A DNA stretch of 17,717 nt from Armatimonadota bacterium (GCA_016235455.1 JACRKZ010000159.1:1-17717), one strand, 5' to 3'. Shown: positions 6,879-15,636, numbered from the stretch's first letter. Numbers and translations are program-made. The notes: generated by a model from the sequence alone, not told the origin.

Positions 6879-7931
6879 ATGGGAACGATCACCAGCCAGC
6901 CGTTCGGGCAGCTCGCCGACGGCCGTGAGGTGTCACTCTATACACTGACCAATGCCGGTGGCGCGTACGTCACCATCATGACCTACGGCGGCATTCTGAC
7001 CCAGGTGCATGTGCCCGATCGCGACGGCCGGCTGGGCGACGTGGTGCTCGGCTTCGACACACTCGAACCGTACCTGAAGGGCCACCCGTTCTTCGGCGCA
7101 CTGTGCGGCCGTGTGGCCAACCGCATTGCCGAGGCCACGTTCGACCTCGACGGCAAGACCTACCATGTGGCCGCAACCGACGGCGAGAACTCGCTGCACG
7201 GCGGCCGGAAGGGCTTTGACAAGCACCTCTGGACCGCCGAGCCGTTGACCACCGATCGCGGGCCCGCGCTGCGGCTGACCTACCGCAGTGTCGACGGCGA
7301 GGAAGGCTATCCGGGCAACCTCGACGTCACGGTCACCTACCTGTGGACCGACGGCAACGCGCTACACCTGGACTACGAGGCGGTGACCGACGCGCCGACC
7401 ATCCTCAACCTGACCAACCACAGCTACTTCAACCTGGCCGGCGGTGGCGCCATCTACGACCACGAGATGCTGCTCTTCGCCGAGCGCTACACTGTGCCCA
7501 GCGACAAGCTCGTGCCCACCGGTGAGATCGCGCCGGTGGCCGGGACGCCGCTCGACTTCACCGTGCCCACGCGCATCGGCGAGCACATCCACGAGATGAC
7601 CAACAAGCCCCAAGGCTTCGACCACAACTATGTGCTGTCCGGCGCCGATGGCATGGTGGCGCCCTGCGCGCGGGTCAGCGAGCCGGGCAGCGGCCGCGTC
7701 ATGGAAGTCGAGACCACCGAGCCGGGCGTGCAGTTCTACAGCGGCAACTTCCTGGATGGCACCGTGACCGGCAAGCGCGGCGTCGTCTACCACCAGCACC
7801 ACGGCTTCTGCCTGGAGACACAGCACTTCCCCGACAGCATCCACCACCCGAACTTCCCGTCGACCGTGCTACGGCCGGGCGCGGTGTACCGTCAGACCAC
7901 CCTCTACCGTTTCGGCGTTCAGAGCGCCTGA
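6879..7931 (+). CDS. galM: Aldose 1-epimerase (galactose mutarotase), cytoplasmic
   Basis: GRVANRI, NSLHGG, EGYPGNL, NLTNHSYFNL, GFDHN, VQFYSGN, GFCLETQ motifs. Confidence 0.95.
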   Translation: MGTITSQPFGQLADGREVSLYTLTNAGGAYVTIMTYGGILTQVHVPDRDGRLGDVVLGFDTLEPYLKGHPFFGALCGRVANRIAEATFDLDGKTYHVAATDGENSLHGGRKGFDKHLWTAEPLTTDRGPALRLTYRSVDGEEGYPGNLDVTVTYLWTDGNALHLDYEAVTDAPTILNLTNHSYFNLAGGGAIYDHEMLLFAERYTVPSDKLVPTGEIAPVAGTPLDFTVPTRIGEHIHEMTNKPQGFDHNYVLSGADGMVAPCARVSEPGSGRVMEVETTEPGVQFYSGNFLDGTVTGKRGVVYHQHHGFCLETQHFPDSIHHPNFPSTVLRPGAVYRQTTLYRFGVQSA

Positions 7932-7944
7932 TCGAGGCTTGATC

Positions 7945-10659
7945 ATGTGGAGCTACGCCCTGCTGCTCACCGCTGCCATGGCCGCGCGTGAACTCCCGCC
8001 GCAGCCGTCGCTGCTGGCCGCGCGCGACGCGGTCCGTGCCCTGCGGCAGAAGGACCCGCTGCCCGAGGGTGGCGTGATCGTGCCGATCAAGGCGGGCCGG
8101 CAGCTCGTCACCGAGACGGTCGCCTTCGACAAGAACGACTCGGGCACGGCTACCGCGCCGATCATCTACCGCGGCGAGCCCGGCGCCATCCTCAACGGCG
8201 GGCGCGTCCTGCCCGCCACGTCCTTCGCGCCGGTGAGCGACGCGGCGGCGTTGGCGCGGCTGCCCGAGACGGCGCGCGGCAAGGTGCTGGTCTGCGATCT
8301 CAAGGCACAAGGCTTGACCGAGTACGGCGCCCTGGAGAGCTACGGTTTCGGCCGGCGGCCGGACAAGGCGCCCATCGAACTGTTCGTCGGCGGTCGGCAG
8401 ATGACGCTGGCGCGCTATCCGAACAAGGGCTGGATCAAGCTCGAGAAGGTGCAGGACCGCGGCTCGGTGCATGGCAGCAATGTGCCCGGCGAGCCCGAAT
8501 TGCTCGAGAAGCCCGAGCGCGGCGCGATCTTCGACGGGCCCGGCAAGGACCGCCTGGCGCGTTGGAAGACCGCTGACGACCTGTGGCTGTTTGGCTACTG
8601 GTGGTGGGACTGGGCCGACCAGGCGGTCAAGGTCGACCGCATCGACTACGACGCCGGCACCATCAAGACCGTGCAGCCGCACGAATACGGCTACCGGGCC
8701 GGCGGGCGCTACTATGCCTTCAATTTGCTCGAGGAGCTGGACCAGCCGGGCGAGTGGTACCTGGACCGCGCCGCGGGCCGGCTCTACCTGTGGCCCACCG
8801 CGCCCCTCGACGGACAGAGCGTCGAGCTGTCGCTGCTGACCACGCCCATGGTCGCCCTCAACGGCGCCAGCCACGTGCGGCTCGAGGGCCTGGCCTTCGA
8901 GACCATGCGCGGCCAGGCGATCAGCGTGACCGACGGCGAAGGCGTCTGGCTGGCCGGCGACCGCATGGCGCGCACCGGGCGCAATGCCGTGACCGTGTCG
9001 GGCGGCAAGGATCACCGCGTGGTGGCCTGCGACATCGTCGACACCAACGGCGGTGTGCATGTCAGCGGCGGCGACCGCCGAAGCTTGACGCCCGCGGGCC
9101 ACATGGTCGAGAACTGCTCGTTTGACAACTATGCGCGCATCATGCGCACCTACAACGGCGCTATCCACATCGACGGCGTGGGCATCCGTGCCGCGCATAA
9201 CCTGGTGCGCAACGCGCCGCACGCCGGTATCTTCTTCGGCGGCAACGACCACGTCATCGAGTTCAACGAGTTCTACGACATCTGCCAGGAGACCAGCGAC
9301 TGCGGCGTCATCTACGCCGGGCGCACGTGGTTCAGCCGCGGCAACGTCATCCGCGGCAACTTCATCCACGACATCCGCGGCATCGGCGGCGTGGGTGCGT
9401 TTGGCATCTACCTCGACGACTGCTTCTCCAGCGCCGAGGTGACCGACAACGTGCTGGCCAACATGGATGACGGTGCGTTCCTCATCGGCGGCGGGCGCGA
9501 CAACATCATCACCAACAATCTGTGCTACCGCACGGGCCCGCTGATGCTCGACGACCGCGGCCTGGGCTGGGGCGCCCGCGGCTGCAAGCCGGGCCAGCAG
9601 TTGTGGGACACGCTGGTCGCGCTGCCGTACAAGCAGCCGCCCTGGAGCACCAAGTACCCCAAACTGCCCGGCATGCTCGACGATGAGCCGGCTACGCCCA
9701 AGGGCAACGTGGTCGAGCGCAACGTGTTCGTGGCCATGGGCGCGCCGCAGATCGCCAAGACCGCGCGCGACAACGGCAGCGTCAAGGACAACCTGGTCGT
9801 CGCCGACGACCCCGGCTTTGTGAACCTGGCCGCCCTCGACCTGCGGCTCCGGCCCGATGCCGCGCTGCTGGCCAAGCTGCCGGGCTTCCGGCCCATCGCC
9901 GTCGACAAGGCCGGGCTGGTCATCGATGCCTGGCGCCGGGCCGTGGCGCCGGCGCGACCGTCGCTGTTGGGCAGCGGCAAGACCGTCGTCGGCGCGGGCG
10001 ACCTGGTGCTGGCCACGCGCACGCCGGTGGCGATCATCCGCTACACGCTCGACGGCACCGCGCCGAGCGCCAAGTCGACGCTTTACCGGGGGCCGGTCCG
10101 CCTCACCAAGAGCGTCACGCTGCGAGCCGTGGCCTTCGGCGCCAACGGCGCGGCCTCGGACGAGTTGACCGCGGACATCCAGGTCAAGCCCATCGGGCCT
10201 GGCCAGCCGGTCTACCTGAGTGAGTTGCCAGCGTTCGACGTTGCCGCTTACGGCGGCGACATCAAGCGCGACCAGAACATGGCTGGCGGCGCCATCTCGC
10301 TCGGGGGCCGCACGTTCGAGCGCGGCCTGACCATGCACCCGGCCGAGACGCCCGAAGGTGGCCGCGCCACCGCCACCTGGCTGATCGATGGCGGCTTGAA
10401 GGCCGCCAGGCGACTGCTGGCCACCGTCGGCGTCGATGCCACGGCGACCGACCGCGGGTCGGTCGTGTTCATCGTCGACGTGCAGGTGGGCGGCATCTGG
10501 CGCGAGGCCTTGCGCAGCCCGACGCTGCGCGGCGCGCAGCCGCCGGTGGCGGTCGACGTGCCGCTGGCCGGCGCGGACAAGGTGCGCCTGCGCGTCACGG
10601 ACAGCGGCGATGACATCCACAGCGACCACGCCGCCTGGGGTGGGGTGCGGTTCGAGTAG
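7945..10659 (+). CDS. Secreted right-handed beta-helix protein (GH141-like) + Fn3-associated/CHB_HEX_C-like domain + NPCBM/NEW2 domain
   Basis: ATG at 7945 after GAGG (TTG at 7939 is an alternative). Hydrophobic N-terminus; ELFVGGRQMTLARYPN, NLLEELDQPGEWYLD, ETSDCGVIY, GIYLDD; IRYTLDGTAP...LYRGP...TLRAVAF; VYLSEL...GRTFERGLTMHP...DHAAWG. Confidence 0.85.
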   Translation: MWSYALLLTAAMAARELPPQPSLLAARDAVRALRQKDPLPEGGVIVPIKAGRQLVTETVAFDKNDSGTATAPIIYRGEPGAILNGGRVLPATSFAPVSDAAALARLPETARGKVLVCDLKAQGLTEYGALESYGFGRRPDKAPIELFVGGRQMTLARYPNKGWIKLEKVQDRGSVHGSNVPGEPELLEKPERGAIFDGPGKDRLARWKTADDLWLFGYWWWDWADQAVKVDRIDYDAGTIKTVQPHEYGYRAGGRYYAFNLLEELDQPGEWYLDRAAGRLYLWPTAPLDGQSVELSLLTTPMVALNGASHVRLEGLAFETMRGQAISVTDGEGVWLAGDRMARTGRNAVTVSGGKDHRVVACDIVDTNGGVHVSGGDRRSLTPAGHMVENCSFDNYARIMRTYNGAIHIDGVGIRAAHNLVRNAPHAGIFFGGNDHVIEFNEFYDICQETSDCGVIYAGRTWFSRGNVIRGNFIHDIRGIGGVGAFGIYLDDCFSSAEVTDNVLANMDDGAFLIGGGRDNIITNNLCYRTGPLMLDDRGLGWGARGCKPGQQLWDTLVALPYKQPPWSTKYPKLPGMLDDEPATPKGNVVERNVFVAMGAPQIAKTARDNGSVKDNLVVADDPGFVNLAALDLRLRPDAALLAKLPGFRPIAVDKAGLVIDAWRRAVAPARPSLLGSGKTVVGAGDLVLATRTPVAIIRYTLDGTAPSAKSTLYRGPVRLTKSVTLRAVAFGANGAASDELTADIQVKPIGPGQPVYLSELPAFDVAAYGGDIKRDQNMAGGAISLGGRTFERGLTMHPAETPEGGRATATWLIDGGLKAARRLLATVGVDATATDRGSVVFIVDVQVGGIWREALRSPTLRGAQPPVAVDVPLAGADKVRLRVTDSGDDIHSDHAAWGGVRFE

Positions 10660-10678
10660 CATCGGGAAAGGGCAACCC

Positions 10679-12640
10679 ATGGCACGCAACAAGACCTGGC
10701 ATGACGACGTATTCTTCGGCCTGCATTTCGACCTGCACGCCGGCGCGGGCGACACCGTACTCGGCAGCGAGCTGACCCACGAGCATCTGCGCGAGCGGCT
10801 CGAGCGGGTCAAGCCCGACTGGATCCAGTGCGACTGCAAGGGTCATCCCGGCTACACGAGCTGGCCCACCAAGGTCGGCTCCACGTCGCCCGGCGTGGTG
10901 CGTGACGCCCTGCGCATCCACCGCGATGTGACGCGCGAACTGGGCATTCCCTTGGTCATGCACTACAGCGGCGTGTGGGACAGCCGTGCGCTGGAACTGC
11001 ATCCCGAGTGGGCGGTGATCGATGCCCAGGGCAAGGCCTCGCCCAACGCCACCTGCCGGCTCAGTGCCTACCGCGACGAACTGCTCATTCCGCAGCTGAT
11101 CGAGTTGGTGCGCGACTACGAGGTCGACGGCTTCTGGGTCGATGGCGAGAACTGGGCCAGCGCGCCGTGCTGGTGCGAGCGCTGCTTGGCGGAATGGGCG
11201 AAGCGCAGCGGCGGCCTGCCGGTGCCCCGTTCGGCCGAGGACGCCCACTGGGACGCTTGGCTGGCCATGGCCCGCGACCTGTTCACCGCGTATGTCACCG
11301 CCTACACGGACGCGGTCCACGCGGTCAACCCGAACTGCACCGTCTGCTCCAACTGGATGTACACCGTGCGCCAGCCCGAGCCGGTCAGCGCGCCGGTGGA
11401 CTACCTGAGCGGCGACTACGACTGGATTTGGAGTACGGACCGCGCGGCGGTCGAGGGTCGCGTGCTCGACGGTCGCGGTCTGAGCTGGGACCTGATGGCC
11501 TGGGGCTTCACCAAGACCGGCGACCACCACAACCCCATGCCCTGGTCGACCAAGCCGGTCGTGCATCTCTGCCAGGAACTGGCCGAGGTGGTGGCCCTGG
11601 GTGGCGCCGTCGAGATCTACCAGCCGCCGCAGCGCACCGGCTGGATCGTCGACTGGCACATGGACACTTTCGGCGACGTCGGACGGTTCTGCCGCGAGCG
11701 GCGTGAGCTCTGCTGGCACTCGACCAGCCGCTCGCAGGCCGTCATCTGGCACCTGGTGGACAGCTACTACGCCGCCAACGACCCGCTCTACAACTACGGC
11801 GGCGCCGTGCAGCCCATCGAGGGTGCGCTGCACATGCTGCTGGAGACGGGCCGCTCGACCGACATCCTCACCGAAGCCGACGCGGTGGCGGCGACCGATG
11901 GCTACCGGCTGGTGGTGTTGCCCGAGGCCACGCGGCTGTCGCCCGAAGTGCAGGCGGCGCTCGAAGCCTTCGCCGCGGGCGGCGGGCAGGTCATCCTGAC
12001 GGGCGCCCACCTGGCCAGCGAGGTGCCCGCTCTGGTGGGCGCAACGCCCGCGGGCGAGCCCATCGAGTCGCTCTATCTGGCTGTTGACGGCATGGCCGCG
12101 CCGGTCTACGGCGGCTGGCAGCCGGTGGCCGCGGCGGCTGGCGTCGAGGTGGTCGCGGGCGCCATGAGCCAGCCCGAGGTGGGCAAGGAGGCCGACCTGC
12201 CGACGGTGGTCACGCGGCGCGCGGTGGGGCACGGCGCCATCACGGCGATTCATGGCCCGCTCTTCCGCAACTACTTCCAGGCGCACTTCCCGCTGGTGCG
12301 GCGCTGGTTCGCCGGGCTGGTGGCCGACCTGGGCATCGACTGGGAGGTCACGCTCGACGCTCCGGCGCGGCTGGAGCCGATTGTGCGCGAGTTGGACGGC
12401 CGGCTGACGATCAACCTGCTCAACCGCGGCGCGGGCGAGATGCTCATGCCCCGGCGGGTCATCGTCGAGGAACTGGCGCCGGTGCTCAACGCCGTGGTCA
12501 CGGTGCGCTGCCCCGAGCCGCGCGGTCTCCTCGCGGTGCCTGAGGACCCGATGGTGCGCTGGCAGTGGGCTGACGGCCTGCTGACCTTGCGCCTGCCGCG
12601 AGTCGACGTGCATACGGTGGTCGCAATCGAGCCGCGATGA
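10679..12640 (+). CDS. Putative alpha-L-fucosidase, GH151/GHL6 (GH29-related), with a GH42 trimerisation-like middle domain (653 aa)
   Basis: FFGLHFDLH, QCDCKGHPGYTSWPT, HYSGVWD, LIPQLIELVRDYEVDGFWVDGE, PCWCERC, VDYLSGD; YRLVVLPE...LEAFAAGGGQVILTG. No signal peptide. Confidence 0.75.
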   Translation: MARNKTWHDDVFFGLHFDLHAGAGDTVLGSELTHEHLRERLERVKPDWIQCDCKGHPGYTSWPTKVGSTSPGVVRDALRIHRDVTRELGIPLVMHYSGVWDSRALELHPEWAVIDAQGKASPNATCRLSAYRDELLIPQLIELVRDYEVDGFWVDGENWASAPCWCERCLAEWAKRSGGLPVPRSAEDAHWDAWLAMARDLFTAYVTAYTDAVHAVNPNCTVCSNWMYTVRQPEPVSAPVDYLSGDYDWIWSTDRAAVEGRVLDGRGLSWDLMAWGFTKTGDHHNPMPWSTKPVVHLCQELAEVVALGGAVEIYQPPQRTGWIVDWHMDTFGDVGRFCRERRELCWHSTSRSQAVIWHLVDSYYAANDPLYNYGGAVQPIEGALHMLLETGRSTDILTEADAVAATDGYRLVVLPEATRLSPEVQAALEAFAAGGGQVILTGAHLASEVPALVGATPAGEPIESLYLAVDGMAAPVYGGWQPVAAAAGVEVVAGAMSQPEVGKEADLPTVVTRRAVGHGAITAIHGPLFRNYFQAHFPLVRRWFAGLVADLGIDWEVTLDAPARLEPIVRELDGRLTINLLNRGAGEMLMPRRVIVEELAPVLNAVVTVRCPEPRGLLAVPEDPMVRWQWADGLLTLRLPRVDVHTVVAIEPR

Positions 12641-12669
12641 GTTAAGCTGTGGGGCACGAGGTGGTGACG

Positions 12670-12906
12670 ATGAGCGACACGGGCAAGGAACGCACCTGCC
12701 GCGCGTGCGGTGCTTCGTTTGTCTATCCGGCGCCGGCCAGCCTGGCCACCAAGCGGCTCTGTGAGAGCTGCGCGGGTGTGTCGGAGCCGGTGCGGCGGGT
12801 GCTGGAGGCCCACCAACTCGAGATCCTGCGACTCCGGCGGCAGATCGAGAAGCTCGGTGCCAAGCCCGCGCCAGGGGCCGCGCCAAAGGTGGGTGACGAT
12901 GCGTAG
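12670..12906 (+). CDS. Small zinc-ribbon protein with a coiled-coil-like helix (78 aa)
   Basis: GAGGTGG SD before ATG at 12670; CRAC-x17-CESC followed by LEAHQLEILRLRRQIEKL. Fills the gap between two same-strand genes. Confidence 0.7.
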   Translation: MSDTGKERTCRACGASFVYPAPASLATKRLCESCAGVSEPVRRVLEAHQLEILRLRRQIEKLGAKPAPGAAPKVGDDA

Positions 12907-14440
12907 GTGGGCTGCCACGACGGTGCTCCTGCTCGCCGCGGCCGGCTTCGGCCAAGGCTCCGACGCGGGCTCGCGCACGCTGGCCATCCCGCTGGGCGAG
13001 CATGTGGAGCGCGCCGAGGATCCGCTGGCGGCGCAGCGCTACGGCTTCCGCGTCGACCCGCTGACCTTCGTCTCGGCCGCCGAATCCCTGCCCGCTGCCC
13101 AGGTGCGGGCCTTCGCCCTCAAGGCGGCCCGGCTGCGCGATGTGCCGCTGCTGGCCAGGCAACTCGACCAGTTGCTCGCCGGTCAGAACGCCGATGGCAG
13201 CTACGGCGCCGGCGAGGAGCTGCTGTCCACCACGCACAGCAAGCTGGCGGAGGCCGTGGCGCTGGGTGCCGATCTGGATCGGCCCGAGGTGGCCAAACTG
13301 GTCGCCTTCGTACGCGCGCTGCCAGCCGAGAAGCGAGCCACGGAACTGCACTTCCACTTCGGCGCGTCGCTGCTGCGGCTGGGCATCAAGGACTTCCCCG
13401 GGCTGGCCGAGGCCATCGCCTGGGTGGCTGACCATCCTGACCAGTGGATTGGCACCGGCTGCCCGTGGACGCCGACGCTGGCCATCGAGTTGCTGGCCCT
13501 CGCGCCGCCCGGCCCGGCGGTCAGCGCGGCGCTGGACAAAGGCCTGATCTGGCTCGACCAGAACGTCAACGGCGCTGGCTGCCTGAGCTACTGGGATCCG
13601 TGGGCCATCATGGCCGTGGCCAGCCAGGTCGACCATCCCGTGGCCACCAGCATCCTGGTTCGCCAACTGCCCATGCTGCTGCGCGCCCAGGAGGCCGACG
13701 GCGGCTGGGGCAAGCACAGCCTGACGGTGTGGCGGGCGCTGAGCGCGCTGGGCTGCTTGGACCGCCTGCGCGGCCGACCGCCGGTGCCGGCCGACTGGGA
13801 GGTGGTGCGCAGCCTGCCCGTGGGCGAGCTGGACGGTTTCTCCTTGGTCTACGGCGCTGGCGAGCTGTGGACGCTGGCCAATGGCCAGGCCGTGGCCGTG
13901 TCGCCGCGGACCGGCGCGGTGGTCCGCAAAGTGCCGTTGCCCGCGGGCGAGTCGTTTGCCCTGACCTGGTTCGACGGCTCGCTGGCCGTGGTGCAGACCA
14001 AGCCCAAGCGCCTGCTGAAGCTGGACGCCGAGACCGGCGCGGTGCTGCGCACGGTGAGCCTGGAGAAGATGGCCAGCCCGCTGGGCGTGGCCGAGATCAA
14101 CCACCGCCTGTACGCCGGCGACGGCTGGCTGGTGGGTGGCTGGACCATCGATCCGCGCCGGCCCAAGCTGATCAACCCCCAGTCCCTGGCGGCGCCGGGC
14201 CCGTTGCTGCTGACCGCGGCGGACTCGTTGCTGTGGCAGGTGGACTTCTGGACGCCGAGCATCGTGTGCAGTGACCTGTCGGGCCGGCTGAAGGCATGGG
14301 GCGAGAAGCCCTTTGGCGAAGCAACGGCCGGGCTGGCCTGGGACGGCGAACGACTTTGGGCGCTGGACGGCCGCACGCGGCGTATTTGTGCCCTCAGAGC
14401 AGCGAATCGGCCCATTTCGGACCAGGATCTGTCGTTTTAG
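12899..14440 (+). CDS. Secreted hypothetical protein: prenyltransferase/squalene-cyclase (QW) repeat helical domain + beta-propeller (513 aa)
   Basis: MRRWAATTVLLLAAAGFG signal-like start overlapping the upstream gene by 8 nt. QNADGSY and QEADGGW repeats; blades SLVYGAGELWTL, ALTWFDGSLAVV, GLAWDGERLWALD. Confidence 0.7.
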   Translation: MRRWAATTVLLLAAAGFGQGSDAGSRTLAIPLGEHVERAEDPLAAQRYGFRVDPLTFVSAAESLPAAQVRAFALKAARLRDVPLLARQLDQLLAGQNADGSYGAGEELLSTTHSKLAEAVALGADLDRPEVAKLVAFVRALPAEKRATELHFHFGASLLRLGIKDFPGLAEAIAWVADHPDQWIGTGCPWTPTLAIELLALAPPGPAVSAALDKGLIWLDQNVNGAGCLSYWDPWAIMAVASQVDHPVATSILVRQLPMLLRAQEADGGWGKHSLTVWRALSALGCLDRLRGRPPVPADWEVVRSLPVGELDGFSLVYGAGELWTLANGQAVAVSPRTGAVVRKVPLPAGESFALTWFDGSLAVVQTKPKRLLKLDAETGAVLRTVSLEKMASPLGVAEINHRLYAGDGWLVGGWTIDPRRPKLINPQSLAAPGPLLLTAADSLLWQVDFWTPSIVCSDLSGRLKAWGEKPFGEATAGLAWDGERLWALDGRTRRICALRAANRPISDQDLSF

Positions 14441-14453
14441 GCAGATTGGGTCG

Positions 14454-14482
14454 TTGCTCGGTTATGCGTTCCATGATAGGAT
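14454..14482 (+). promoter_or_regulatory. Sigma70-type promoter of gap
   Basis: TTGCTC (14454-14459), 17-nt spacer, extended -10 TGa-TAGGAT (hexamer 14477-14482). Confidence 0.7.
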
Positions 14483-14560
14483 GCCCCGCATAGCGACCCC
14501 TCCTTGTCGTACACGTGCAAGGTCTCGGTCTGCCAGACAGAACAGAGGAGAGGACAGGAC

Positions 14561-15613
14561 ATGGCTACCCCCAAGAAGGTCCGCGTCGCGATCAACGGTT
14601 TTGGCCGCATCGGTCGAATCACGTTCCGCGCGATGGTTGAGAACTTCGGCAAGAACATCGAGATCGTGGCGATCAACGACCTTGCGCCCGTCAAGATGAA
14701 CGCTCACCTGCTGGCGCACGACACCAACTACCGCGGTTTCTCGCGCAAGGTTGAGACCCTGGAAGAGGGCGTCAAGGTTCGTGGCAAGATGGTTCCGGCC
14801 ATCGCCGTGGAAGGCGTCAAGAAGCCCATCGCCATCCTGCAGGAGCGCGACCCGGCCAAGCTGCCGTGGCGCTCGCTGCGTGTTGATGTCGTCTTGGAGT
14901 GCACCGGCTTCTTCACCGACGCCGAGAAGGCCGCCGCGCACATCAAGGGTGGCGCCAAGAAGGTCATCATCTCGGCCCCGGCCAAGGGTGATGTGCAGAC
15001 CATCGTCCTGGGCGTGAACGACGCCGAGCTGGATGTCACCAAGGACATCTTCTCCAACGCTTCCTGCACCACCAACTGCCTGGCCCCGTTGGCCAAGGCC
15101 ATCGACGAGCTGTGGGGCCTGGACCATGGTCTGATGACCACCGTCCACTCCTACACCAACGACCAGCGCATGCAGGACCAGGTCCACGAGGACCCGCGCC
15201 GCGCTCGCGCCGGCGCCGCCAACATCATCCCCACCACGACCGGTGCCGCCAAGGCCATCGGCCTGGTGCTGCCGCACCTCAAGGGCAAGTTGGACGGTAT
15301 CTCGCTGCGCGTCCCGACCACCACGGTCTCGGTCGTCGACCTCGTCGTCGAAGTCAAGAACGACCTGCCCAGCCTCGACGAAGTCAAGGCCGCCCTGGTC
15401 GGCAAGTGCGACGGCAAGTACTTCGCGTTCAGCGATGAGTCCCCGGTGTCGTCCGACTTCATCGGCGACCCGCGCTCGTCCGTCCTCGACGTCGAGTTCA
15501 CCTCGGTCCAGGCTCCCCGCACCCTCAAGGTGCTGAGCTGGTACGACAACGAGTGGGGCTACAGCAACCGCCTGGCCGAGCTCTGCGCCCTCATCGGCAG
15601 CAAGCTCGTCTAG
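14561..15613 (+). CDS. gap: Glyceraldehyde-3-phosphate dehydrogenase, type I (350 aa)
   Basis: VAINGFGRIGR, VAINDL, NASCTTNCLAP, TTVHSYTNDQ, NIIPTTTGAAKA, SWYDNEWGYS; purine-rich SD (GAGGAGAGGA) upstream of ATG at 14561. Confidence 0.98.
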   Translation: MATPKKVRVAINGFGRIGRITFRAMVENFGKNIEIVAINDLAPVKMNAHLLAHDTNYRGFSRKVETLEEGVKVRGKMVPAIAVEGVKKPIAILQERDPAKLPWRSLRVDVVLECTGFFTDAEKAAAHIKGGAKKVIISAPAKGDVQTIVLGVNDAELDVTKDIFSNASCTTNCLAPLAKAIDELWGLDHGLMTTVHSYTNDQRMQDQVHEDPRRARAGAANIIPTTTGAAKAIGLVLPHLKGKLDGISLRVPTTTVSVVDLVVEVKNDLPSLDEVKAALVGKCDGKYFAFSDESPVSSDFIGDPRSSVLDVEFTSVQAPRTLKVLSWYDNEWGYSNRLAELCALIGSKLV

Positions 15614-15636
15614 TCTGGTCGCTCGACCAAACTACC

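Noticed and set aside
7699-10839. 1046-aa minus-strand ORF
   Set aside because: Stop-free antisense frame of the beta-helix gene, as expected from high-GC codon bias; no domains.
12899-13790. Squalene-hopene cyclase call
   Set aside because: The domain is too short, lacks DxDD and follows a signal peptide; only the QW-type repeats are shared.
10595-14104. 1169-aa minus-strand ORF spanning three genes
   Set aside because: The genes at 10679 and 12899 share a frame, so their antisense shadows join. No recognisable motifs.
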